Assembly: GCA_963665095.1 (NCBI GenBank)
Contig: OY762069.1
Coordinates: 3,808,001-3,872,000 of the forward strand
Direction: 5' to 3'
DNA: 64,000 nucleotides
Source: an uncultured Desulfobacter sp.
GTDB taxonomy: Bacteria; Desulfobacterota; Desulfobacteria; Desulfobacterales; Desulfobacteraceae
Shown one piece after another: positions 8,888-18,600 of the stretch. The notes under the pieces were generated by a model, which did no database searches, was not told the DNA's origin, and worked only from the letters and a program-made list of their open reading frames with translations. Both the position numbers and the translations under genes were made by a program. Numbering within the stretch: position 1 is the stretch's first letter; each line of letters opens with the position of its first letter.

Positions 8888-11173
8888 TTAATGGGTGCCT
8901 GCAATTGAAGGAAACCGGATGACAAATAAGGCCCCGTTGTGCCGGCCGCAGGTTACGGTGATGGTGCCGCCGTAATCCTTGATGATGCCGTAACCAATGG
9001 AAAGTCCTAATCCGGTACCTTTACCGGCTTCCTTGGTAGTAAAAAAGGGATCAAAAATTTTATCGGCAATGGTCGGGGGGATGCCTGTGCCTGTATCTTC
9101 GATTTCAATGATCACCCACTGGCCTGATACCCGGCTGGTCAGAAATATCTGTTTGGATGGCTGATCTTTATCTCCGTTTTGCTCAAACCGGTCTTCAATG
9201 GCGTCCCTGGCGTTGATCAGAAGGTTGATAAACACCTGCTCCAGGCGGTTTTCGTCTGCCAGGATCATGGGCAGGTTTTCATCCAGGTCCTGGACCACCT
9301 CAATCTGCCGCAGCTTAAGCTGCTCCCGGAATATGTCAAAGGCCTTGATAAGCGCCCGGTTCACATCGGCCTTCTCCCTGACGGCATCGGATTTCCTGCC
9401 GAATTCGCGCATATGGTTGATGATCTTGGAAGCCCGGTTCACCTGGCCGTCAATCTCCTCGGTCATGGTGACCATGATATCCGGGGCTATGGGTTCACCC
9501 GCCTTGACCTTGCGCAGAATATAGTTGCCTGCACTTTTGATCACAGACAGCGGCTGGTTCAGTTCATGGGCAACCCCTGTGGCCATCTCGCCTAACGTGG
9601 CCATTTTACTTGCCTGGATCAGTTGCTGTTCGGCAATGAGCTGTTCCGTGATATCTGTGGCATTCACCAGCAGCACCTTGTCATCCAGGTACGCTGATTT
9701 GGAGACATGGATGTCCACAAAAATAATCTCTTTACCCTTTCCGATCTGGCGGACCTTTGAAATGGACTGGCACTGCCGGATCTTTTCTATATGTATCTGG
9801 CTGTATTCCGGATCAAAAAAGGTTTCAAAGGGTTTGCCGATAAGTTCTCCCCGACTGTACCCGTAAATAATTTCCGCACTGGCATTGCAGTCATTGATAA
9901 CAAGAGTGTCCTCGTCAAGGACAAACAAAGGATTGGGGATATGGTCAAAAATCACCCGGTATTTTTCTTCGGATTTTCGCACCTCTTTTTCCAGGGAGCG
10001 AATCCGGGTGATGTCCATGGAGATCTCCATGACTGCTGTGACATTGCCTTCGGAATCGGTAATGGGTGCGGTGCGAAGCGCCCAGTAGGTGGCCTTTCCC
10101 GTGCGGGTCACTCCGCTTTGCTCGCTGTTGTGGGGCAGTCCGTCTTTAAATGTTGCCAAGACCGGACACGCCTCGCAGGGCTCGGCCCTGTTTTTATAGA
10201 CCTGGTAGCAAAGATCCCCGATCTCCGGGTGGAACCGGTCCCCGAATTCGCGGTTATACTGCAGCAGTTTAAAATCTTTATTCTGGACCGTAATCAGGCA
10301 GGGCACGGATTCAAAGAGCTGCTGGTATTCCTTGCGCTGCTCGTTGAGCACCCGCTGCTTGGTGTCAATCTCCTCGGCCATCTGGTTGATGGCCCGGGCC
10401 AGCTGCTGCATCTCCCCGTCTAACAGCCCCTCGATCCGGCCGTAGGTGCCGCTGCTGATCTGGCGGGTCCCCTGGATCACCTTCTGGATGGGATCATGGA
10501 CAAAGCGCAGAACAAACACGATGATGATGAAGGAACAGGTCAGAAACAGGCACATGGTAAAAAAAATAAGGCCCTTTTCGTAAAACGCGATCTGCTGGTC
10601 CGTTTTCTTCAGGGAAACCACCACATCCAGGGCTCCCAGCACAGTTTTGTCTTCCGGATGAAAATGGCAGGACTGGGAACAGCCCGGCTCATTGTAAATA
10701 GGGCTGATGATCCCCATCATCCGGTATCCCTGGTCCGACGGGATAATCCGCTTGCGCTGATCCAGTGCCAGGTGCTCCAGGGGAGGCTCCACCTTATGAC
10801 AGACAAAGCAGGCCTCGTCCTTTATATTGGTCACCACGCCCACCTCTTTGGGCACATTGGAAAAATGGATCTCCCCTTCTTTATTGAAAATACGAATATT
10901 TTCAATATCTTCCTGCCTGGCAATATTTTTAATGATATGGTTGATGTCCTCACGGGCGTTGAGCATCATGGCATAGTGGGCGCCTAAAAGAATGGTGTTG
11001 CTCAGGCGGCTGGCTTCATTGGAAATACCGTCCATGGCCTTTTTCTTTTCATAGGTGAGAATAAAATATGAAAAGAGCATGACCGTAATAAAGATAGGCA
11101 CGCCCACAGCCAGGATCAGCCGGTAGGCCAGGCTTTTTTTAAACTGCTTGAAGCGTTTTACAAATGATCCCAT
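8888..11173 (-). CDS. Membrane sensor histidine kinase: periplasmic domain with haem-c motifs, HAMP, 2 PAS, HisKA, HATPase
   Basis: Two TM segments; CFVCH and CSQSCH between them; AHELNQPL H-box; DPFFTTK..GKGTGLGL. Confidence 0.93.
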   Translation of the reverse strand: MGSFVKRFKQFKKSLAYRLILAVGVPIFITVMLFSYFILTYEKKKAMDGISNEASRLSNTILLGAHYAMMLNAREDINHIIKNIARQEDIENIRIFNKEGEIHFSNVPKEVGVVTNIKDEACFVCHKVEPPLEHLALDQRKRIIPSDQGYRMMGIISPIYNEPGCSQSCHFHPEDKTVLGALDVVVSLKKTDQQIAFYEKGLIFFTMCLFLTCSFIIIVFVLRFVHDPIQKVIQGTRQISSGTYGRIEGLLDGEMQQLARAINQMAEEIDTKQRVLNEQRKEYQQLFESVPCLITVQNKDFKLLQYNREFGDRFHPEIGDLCYQVYKNRAEPCEACPVLATFKDGLPHNSEQSGVTRTGKATYWALRTAPITDSEGNVTAVMEISMDITRIRSLEKEVRKSEEKYRVIFDHIPNPLFVLDEDTLVINDCNASAEIIYGYSRGELIGKPFETFFDPEYSQIHIEKIRQCQSISKVRQIGKGKEIIFVDIHVSKSAYLDDKVLLVNATDITEQLIAEQQLIQASKMATLGEMATGVAHELNQPLSVIKSAGNYILRKVKAGEPIAPDIMVTMTEEIDGQVNRASKIINHMREFGRKSDAVREKADVNRALIKAFDIFREQLKLRQIEVVQDLDENLPMILADENRLEQVFINLLINARDAIEDRFEQNGDKDQPSKQIFLTSRVSGQWVIIEIEDTGTGIPPTIADKIFDPFFTTKEAGKGTGLGLSIGYGIIKDYGGTITVTCGRHNGALFVIRFPSIAGTH

Positions 11174-11197
11174 TTCCTTAAACCCGATGCCATAACG

Positions 11198-12748
11198 TTA
11201 GGCCAGCTTGTTAAACTCAAGGGCCAAATGGGTGCCTTGACCTGAGGTTTCAACCACACGGATGTTGCCGCCATGGCTGCGCATGATACCGTACACGGTG
11301 GAAAGGCCCAACCCCACCCCGTACCCTTCATCCTTTGTGGTAAAAAAAGGCTCAAAAATATGGGGCAGATCCTTCGGGTCGATCCCCTTGCCCGAATCCT
11401 TTACATGGATGGTCACCTGTTTGCCTTCAGGGTTAAAATTTGCAGAAAGCCGGACCTCACCGTTATCTGTCACGGCATCCAGGGCATTGATGATCAGGTT
11501 GATCAGGCATTGCTGGATCTGGTTGGCATCGGCCAGGATATCGGGAATATCAGAATCAATTTCCACATGAAGCTTGGTATTCTGCATTTCAGCCTTATGC
11601 TGGCTTAGCTGAACGCACCGCTCCACCAGCGCTTTGACCTGTACTGCCCCATAGACAATGGCTGATTTTCTGGAAAAAGCCAGAAGGTTGGAGATAATGC
11701 CCGAACACCGACTGATTTCGCTGATGGATATATCCAGATAGTTGGCAAACTTTTCTTTCTTCGCAACCATCTCCCCTTTTTCCACCTGCCTGGCCATAAG
11801 CCGCAGATAGTTGAGAATACCAGACAAAGGGTTGTTGATTTCATGGACTACGCTGGCGGCAAGCTTGCCTAAAGACATCATCTTATCCTGGTGCAACGTC
11901 TTTTCCTGGTCGGCCATCTCCCGCTCCATGCGCCGCAGCTCCCGCAGATCCCGCACCCATACCAGAAGGCCGTCGTCTTCCCCTGCATCAGACATGACAC
12001 TGGCAGACATGAGAACCGGTATGGCGGCGGATGCGACAGACTGCATCACAGCCTCCATCATGTTGATCCGGTCTTTTCCGCCAAACTGGTCACTTTTCAA
12101 GGCTAAGACAATCCGTTCCTCTTCGCCGTCCGGCAGCAGATCCTTTAATCTTTTTTTGCCCACCACCTGGCCGGCGGTCATCCCGAGCATGTTCAGGGCG
12201 CTGGGGTTGATAATCCGGACGTACTCATCCATGCCGAATGCGATGATCCCGTTGATGGAGCGGTTGATGATCTGCTCCTGAAAGGAATACTTTTTCATCA
12301 GGGCCTGGGTTGCAGACGACCAGCCGGTCTCAAGCTGAAGGGTATATTCCCGAAGCTGCCTGGCGGAAGTATACCGGTTTTTGGCCCGGTCAAGGGCCAG
12401 CACCAGGGCCTGGTCATTCACAGGTTTTGTGATAAAGTCGGAAGCATCCAGCTGCAGCGCCCGGATGGTGGTCTCAATATCGCCAAACGCGGTCATGACG
12501 ATCACTTCAATCTCAGGCAGATCCCGCCGGATGGTTTCCAGCACGGCAAGGCCATCCATGCCCGGCATCTTGACATCGGTGATCACAATATGAGGGGAGA
12601 AGGTTTTGCACGCGGCAAGGCCTGCCTCCCCGTTTTCGGCCGTCTCCACCTGGTATCCGAAATCTTCCAGAACTATCCGGGTGACCTTCCGGATACCAGC
12701 TTCATCATCAATCAGGACAATTTTCCACTCAGATTCATCAGGCGCCAT
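11198..12748 (-). CDS. Cytoplasmic hybrid kinase REC-PAS-HisKA-HATPase
   Basis: IVLIDDE...TDVKMPG receiver; VHEINNPL H-box; EPFFTTK..GYGVGLGL. Confidence 0.93.
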   Translation of the reverse strand: MAPDESEWKIVLIDDEAGIRKVTRIVLEDFGYQVETAENGEAGLAACKTFSPHIVITDVKMPGMDGLAVLETIRRDLPEIEVIVMTAFGDIETTIRALQLDASDFITKPVNDQALVLALDRAKNRYTSARQLREYTLQLETGWSSATQALMKKYSFQEQIINRSINGIIAFGMDEYVRIINPSALNMLGMTAGQVVGKKRLKDLLPDGEEERIVLALKSDQFGGKDRINMMEAVMQSVASAAIPVLMSASVMSDAGEDDGLLVWVRDLRELRRMEREMADQEKTLHQDKMMSLGKLAASVVHEINNPLSGILNYLRLMARQVEKGEMVAKKEKFANYLDISISEISRCSGIISNLLAFSRKSAIVYGAVQVKALVERCVQLSQHKAEMQNTKLHVEIDSDIPDILADANQIQQCLINLIINALDAVTDNGEVRLSANFNPEGKQVTIHVKDSGKGIDPKDLPHIFEPFFTTKDEGYGVGLGLSTVYGIMRSHGGNIRVVETSGQGTHLALEFNKLA

Positions 12749-12786
12749 CTCACATCCTCTCTAAACTATGTCCATCCAGGCGGAAG

Positions 12787-14100
12787 CTAAACAACGCATT
12801 TGGGAACAAAATCCCGGTTGATGCTCAATACCGGACATGCAGACCCGCCAGCCACCTTGATGACCGTGGAACCCAGCACGGCTTTTTCCGGATCTTTCTC
12901 CTTTGAATGGTGGGCCATGATGATCAGGTCTGCACGGGTCTTTCTGGCAAATTTCAAAATCTCCACGTGGGGCGCCCCTTCCCAGGACTCCATGGAATAA
13001 TCCACCACACCTGCCAGAAGGCCGGCAAACTGCTCCTTCATCCGGGCCATGGCCTCCTGGATATTGGCGTCAATTTCCGCAGGCGACGGATAGGCATCAT
13101 TTTCCGACAGCGGCAGGGCGTGGAAAATATGAAGACCTGCATTGTAAAATTTAGCGATCTCAAAGGCGAAATTAAAGGCGCACATGGCCTGTTCGCTGAA
13201 ATCCATGGCCAGGACAATATTGGAAAATGTCACCTTCAGCCGGCCCCGGGTCATCTCATAATCCTGGTGGATGCCCACCACCTTGGGAATCAGAAGCTCG
13301 GGATCAAAGGGCTTGACCAAATAATCCAGGGCACCTATTTTCATGGCGCTCAATGCCGTATCAATGGTGGCATAGGCTGTCATCATCACCACGGTGGTGT
13401 CAGGATATTTCTCTTTCACCTTCTTTAAAAGCGTCACCCCGTCCATCTCGGGCATCTTGATATCAGAAAGCACCAGGTGGTAAGGCTTTTTTCCCATCAT
13501 CTCCAGGGCCGCCGGACCGGATTCCGCCATATCCGCAGAAAAGCCCTCCTCCGCCAGCCACTCCCGAAGCGAATCCCGCAAAGAGAGTTCATCATCCACG
13601 ATAAGGATGGAAAAATTTTTGCGGTCCTCATCGGACAGTTCCACATCATCCTTGGGGAAAATCCGGGGTATATCAGGGGGCACGATCATGACCGGACACC
13701 TGGCCTTTAAGCTCACCTTTTGAAGGGTGCTGCCGGTCATCCCCCACATCCGGGGCTGGTTGCGGTCAATCCTGTGGGGACCCATTACAATGAGATCCAC
13801 ATTTTTCTTCCTGGCAAACCGCAGGATCTCATCATGGGGAATCCCGGGCACCACCTGGATTTCGTAATTTTCAACCTTTGACAGCTGGGGCTCAAAATAG
13901 GCTTCCAGCTCTTTTTTCACCTCATCCACCCGGCCGGACGGCAAAAGATACCGGATGGCGCTCCACCCCTCCTCGGGCAGGCCGTAGGCATTGAAAATAA
14001 ACAACTTTGACCGGCTGGGTCTTGCCAGGGCAAAAGATAAACTGGATGCGCCTTTGCTTTCATCTGCGGGTGTGGTCGCCAACATAATTTTACTGAACAT
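12787..14100 (-). CDS. USP-REC-USP protein (two universal stress domains flanking a receiver)
   Basis: MFSKIMLAT..DLIVMG..GST..CPVMIV; ILIVDDE..SDIKMP..KPFD; FSNIVLAMDFS..GSTVIKV..CPVLSI. Confidence 0.9.
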   Translation of the reverse strand: MFSKIMLATTPADESKGASSLSFALARPSRSKLFIFNAYGLPEEGWSAIRYLLPSGRVDEVKKELEAYFEPQLSKVENYEIQVVPGIPHDEILRFARKKNVDLIVMGPHRIDRNQPRMWGMTGSTLQKVSLKARCPVMIVPPDIPRIFPKDDVELSDEDRKNFSILIVDDELSLRDSLREWLAEEGFSADMAESGPAALEMMGKKPYHLVLSDIKMPEMDGVTLLKKVKEKYPDTTVVMMTAYATIDTALSAMKIGALDYLVKPFDPELLIPKVVGIHQDYEMTRGRLKVTFSNIVLAMDFSEQAMCAFNFAFEIAKFYNAGLHIFHALPLSENDAYPSPAEIDANIQEAMARMKEQFAGLLAGVVDYSMESWEGAPHVEILKFARKTRADLIIMAHHSKEKDPEKAVLGSTVIKVAGGSACPVLSINRDFVPKCVV

Positions 14101-14144
14101 AGATCTCCTCCTTTTGCAAAGGACCTCCTGGAGCCGCTGACGGT

Positions 14145-15044
14145 TCAGGTAGGTGCATTAATTAATTTTTCCGACTTCTCCCTGAATTCACGGGTAATGC
14201 TTAAATTCAGCGCTGTTCCTGTCTGTGCCTGCGGCAGCCCTAAGGCCATGCCCAGAAACTGGGGCAGGTACAAAATCGTAATATCAAAATGCTGGTTTAA
14301 AGCCTGTCCGGTTTTTGCCTGGAACCCCTCAAGGTTCATCTGGCACATGGGGCAAACCGTTAAAATCACATCCGCATCCTTTGCCCGGCTTAAAATTTTT
14401 CCTGTCAGCTGCATGCCCACCGAGGGGCTGGTGGTCATGTGGGAGGCCCCGCAACAGGCAGGCCCCATATCCCATTGAAAAACTTCTGCGCCCACCGCCC
14501 GGATCAAAGGCTCCATGGAGACCGGCTTCTGCGGGTCATCAAACACAGCATAGGGGCGCAGACACTGGCAGCCGTAGTAAGGTGCCGCAACAATACCGGA
14601 TAGCGGGTACTTTACCTTATCGGCAATACGCTGAGCCGGGAAATCTTTGAACAGCACATCCAGTTCATGCCGGACCAAAAGCTGGTTGTGAAACTCAAGC
14701 CCCTCCTCTTTCAGGATCGCGTTGATCTTATCTTTCAGTTCAGGTTCGGTTTTAGCCCTCTCACTGACGGTCTTTAAATTCAGATAACAGGCTGAACATG
14801 GTACCAGGATATCCAGGGCGGTATTTTGCTCTATGCACATCTGTTCGGCCAGGGCAAGGTTCCGGGCTGCAAGGGTGAGAGCAAGAAGATCGGAAACATG
14901 GTGGGCAGCAGAAGCCCCGCAGCAGGTCCAGTCCCGGATCTCCACAAGGTCCGCCCCAAGCAGTTTCATCAGGGCAGCCGTGGATTGATGGTACTCCTTT
15001 GCCGTACCTTCCAGGGAGCATCCGGGATAGTATAAGTATTTCAT
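14145..15044 (-). CDS. hdrB: Heterodisulfide reductase subunit B-like (CCG domains)
   Basis: YYPGC..CCGA..PCSAC and YYGC..CCGA..CPMC. Confidence 0.9.
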   Translation of the reverse strand: MKYLYYPGCSLEGTAKEYHQSTAALMKLLGADLVEIRDWTCCGASAAHHVSDLLALTLAARNLALAEQMCIEQNTALDILVPCSACYLNLKTVSERAKTEPELKDKINAILKEEGLEFHNQLLVRHELDVLFKDFPAQRIADKVKYPLSGIVAAPYYGCQCLRPYAVFDDPQKPVSMEPLIRAVGAEVFQWDMGPACCGASHMTTSPSVGMQLTGKILSRAKDADVILTVCPMCQMNLEGFQAKTGQALNQHFDITILYLPQFLGMALGLPQAQTGTALNLSITREFREKSEKLINAPT

Positions 15045-15583
15045 ATCTGCTGCTCCATTTCATCAACTTTATTAAACAGGTAAGCTAATTTTTGCGACCC
15101 GGCTGAGGCCCCGGCAAGTCCTGCCATGGAAATCTTCTTTTTTGACAGCAGCTTAAGCCCAAGCCCGGCAAATCCCAGCGGCAGGAGCGGATTTTTCATT
15201 TTCATAAAATAGGCGCTCATCAGCTCGGTTTCATTCACCCGGCCATGGGCTTTCACCGATGTCAGAAACGCATGATAAAAGGCATGGCTCTGCTTGAACC
15301 GGTCCGGGTGACACTTTGCCGACAGCTGGGCAAGGGCCGACATGGCCTGGGTAAGCGGCAGCCCCCTGGGACAGCGCAGGGTGCAGTAGTAACAGGAGGA
15401 ACATAAAACAAAGGTTTTTGAACTCAGCACCTCTTCGGTCTGGCCGGCCAGAACCATCCGCCACAACTTGCGCGGCACATGTTCCATGGCAAAGGCATTG
15501 GGGCAGGACCCGGAACAGGTGCCGCACTGAATGCATGCCTGCACCATTTCCCTTACCTTGTCCAGCGTTTTATCGGCTTCCAT
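15041..15583 (-). CDS. hdrC: Heterodisulfide reductase subunit C-like
   Basis: CIQCGTCSGSCP and CSSCYYCTLRCPRG; overlaps hdrB start. Confidence 0.9.
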   Translation of the reverse strand: MEADKTLDKVREMVQACIQCGTCSGSCPNAFAMEHVPRKLWRMVLAGQTEEVLSSKTFVLCSSCYYCTLRCPRGLPLTQAMSALAQLSAKCHPDRFKQSHAFYHAFLTSVKAHGRVNETELMSAYFMKMKNPLLPLGFAGLGLKLLSKKKISMAGLAGASAGSQKLAYLFNKVDEMEQQI

Positions 15584-15634
15584 ACGCCCTCCTTTATCTT
15601 CACTGCCTTAAAGTTTAAATAATTCTGTCTAAAA

Positions 15635-15688
15635 ACCATGAAGCGCATGAAGGACATGAAGGAAAGCCCCCTTCATGATCTTCATGGT
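15635..15688. repeat. Short palindromic element built from CATGAAG units
   Basis: accatgaag-cgcatgaag-gacatgaag ... cttcatgat-cttcatggt. Confidence 0.7.
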
Positions 15689-15697
15689 AAAATAGTT

Positions 15698-18600
15698 TCA
15701 ATTTACACCCAAGACAGCTGCGTCAATCCGTGCCAGCATCTGTGTCCCTGAGTATCCCTGCAGCATGCTGGCTCCGTTGGGACAGGCAGCTGCACATGCC
15801 CCGCACCCCTGGCACATGACCGGACTTACATAAATCGCTTCATTTTCCCCATCCAGGGAGCGTGCCCCATAGGGACAGACAGCAATACAGCGCTGACACA
15901 AACTGCACAGGCTGTGCCGCACCACTGCGGTCACATGGGAAGCCTCCAGTGCAGGCGCGGACAGAAGCGCCACAGCCCTGCAGGCAGCCGCCTGGGCCGT
16001 GGCAATGCTCTTTTCCACCGACCTCGGGGAGTGCAGCAGCCCGCAGGCAAACACCCCTGCCATTTTTGCATCCACCGGCCGCCATTTGCTGTCCGCCTCT
16101 TTGAAAAATCCGAATTCATCCTTTTCAACACCCAGGGACAGAGCCGTCTCTTCCGGCCAGACAGGTGCCACCCCTGTGGCCAGGACCGCCAGGTCCGCCT
16201 CAATCTCTATGGGCAGGCCCAGGACCGGCTCAAGGGTTTTCACCACCACCGGCGCAGCCTCTGCATCTTCACCAATAACAATGTCAGGCAGCTCCCCGGG
16301 TTTGTACGAGATAAAAATAATATTTTCACTTCTGGCTTTGGTAAAATGACTTTCGGCAAACCCGCAGGTCATCATGTCCCGGTACAAAATATAAATATCC
16401 AGATCCGGATTTTTTTCCTTCAGCATCCTGGCCTGTTTCAGGGCAGTCGGGCAGCACACCCTGGAGCAGTAATTTTTTGTATCATCCCTGGAATCCACGC
16501 AGAGAATCATCACAACGGAGTTCAGCTCTGAAGCGAAATCCAAATCCTCCCGGCAGCGCATCTCAAGCGCCTTCTGGGTGACAATGCAGTCATGGTCTGC
16601 GGCATAGGAGTGAACAGGTGCCTCAACGCCGCCGGTGGCAAGGATCACGGCCCCGTGTTCCCGGGCCACGGCATGATTGTCCTTATCTTCAATCACCGTG
16701 GAAAAACAGCCTGCCCGGCCGGTGACATCCAGTACCTGGCTCTGGGTAAACAGATCCACCTTCGAGTGCTGGTTCACCCGGGCAGTCACCGAGTCCAGCA
16801 GCGGTTTAAAATCTTCTTTATCCAGGGTCTGGGTCAGCCATTGCAGATTGCCGCCCAGCCGGTCTGATTTTTCCACCAGGTCCACCTCAAAGCCCTGATC
16901 GGCAAGCCCTAAGGCTGCCGTCATCCCGGCGATACCGCCCCCGATCACCAGGGCCCGCCGGGTAATCTCTTCTGAGACCGGCTGGCAGGGATCTGTATAT
17001 TTGAGCATGGCACACCCCTGGTACAGCTCCGGCAGGATGGCGGCACCGGACCCAAGGCCGGTTGCCCGCTCCGGGTGCCAGAACCCTTTGGCAATATCCA
17101 CGGCATGAAAGGAAAACAACGGCAGATCCATCTGCCTTGCCAGGTCTTTGACCTTGTTTAAAAACAGATAGGGATGACAGGCCCCGATCAGCACCCGGTT
17201 GGGTTGGGCCGCTGTCAGGGCGGCTGCGGCTTTTTCAAACCCCTGGGCAGTGCAGAGCCGGTCCGCCACGATCACCTGGGACACAACCGGATCATCCAGC
17301 AGCGCCTGTTTCAGCAACTCAGGCGCCATCACCTGATCCAGCCGCCGCCCGCAGGAACAGACCACGGCGCAGACCGAAACCTGCTCCCGGCCAATGTCCC
17401 TGGGGGTCCATGCCTGTTCCGGGTCCACAGGCTTTTTTCCGGCAGCCGCACTGAGGGCAGCCGCATTGAGCCCGGCGGCCGAGGCATGGATCACGGATTC
17501 GGCAATATCCTTAAGCCCGGTCACGGACCCTGCAGCCAGGACCCCTTCCCGGGATGTGTTCACCGGCGCAAAGGGCAGGGCCTTTGTAAACCCGGGGCCG
17601 TTAACCTCAATGCCGCACAGGTCAGCCATGCGCGCGGCCCGCCGGCCGGGGCGCTGGCCCGTGGAGAGCACCACCATGTCAAACTGTTCCCCAACCATCA
17701 TTCCATCCGGCCCCAGATAGGCCAGATCAAGGTTGCCGCTGGTGTTATCCATAGTGACTGAATGGATTCTGCACCGGATAAACCGGACATGTTTTTCATT
17801 TTCCGCATCCCGGCAATACTGGTAAAACGATTTACCAAAGGCCCGCATATCCATATAAAAGATGGCAGTCTCAATATTGTGGTCCGAGGCCAGCATGGCC
17901 TGCTTGACGGCGATCATGCAGCAGATGGCGGAACAGAAATCCGCGTTGGACTGGACATCCCTGGAGCCGATGCACTGCAGCCAGGCAATCCGCTTCACGG
18001 GCCGGCTGTTGTCCCGGCGCAGAATTTTTCCGGCAAAGGGACCGGTGCCGCTGACCAGGCGTTCAAATTCAAGATGGGTGAGCACATTGGGATAAACGCC
18101 GTAGCCAAAAAGGTTGCGCTCATCCGCCGGGTCAAAAAAGGTGGTGCCAAAACTTAACACCACAGAATCAGTGGCAAGCTCCATGTCCTTTGCCGCCTGC
18201 AGATCTTCGAAAATTTCCACCACCATGGGCATAAGGGTTTCAGGATCAAAGGGCTTGAGCAGGTAATCACGGGCCCCGTTTTTAAGGGCGGTCACCGCTG
18301 TCTCCACGGTGGCATAGGCGGTCATCATCACCACGACCAGGTCCGGGAACGCCTCCTTTGCCTGTTCAAGCAGCTGTGTGCCCTGCATCCCCGGCATCTT
18401 GATGTCCGTTAGCATCAGGTGGCAGGGATTTTTTTCCAGCATATCCAGGGCTTCCTTGCCAGAGGCCGCCATGTCCACGGAAAAGCCCTCCTCTTCCAGC
18501 CACTCTTTCAGGGAGTCGCGGATGCTCAGTTCATCATCCACCACCAGGATTCTGAACCCTTTTCGGTCCGGCCGGGACAACTGCACCGCATCAACCGGAC

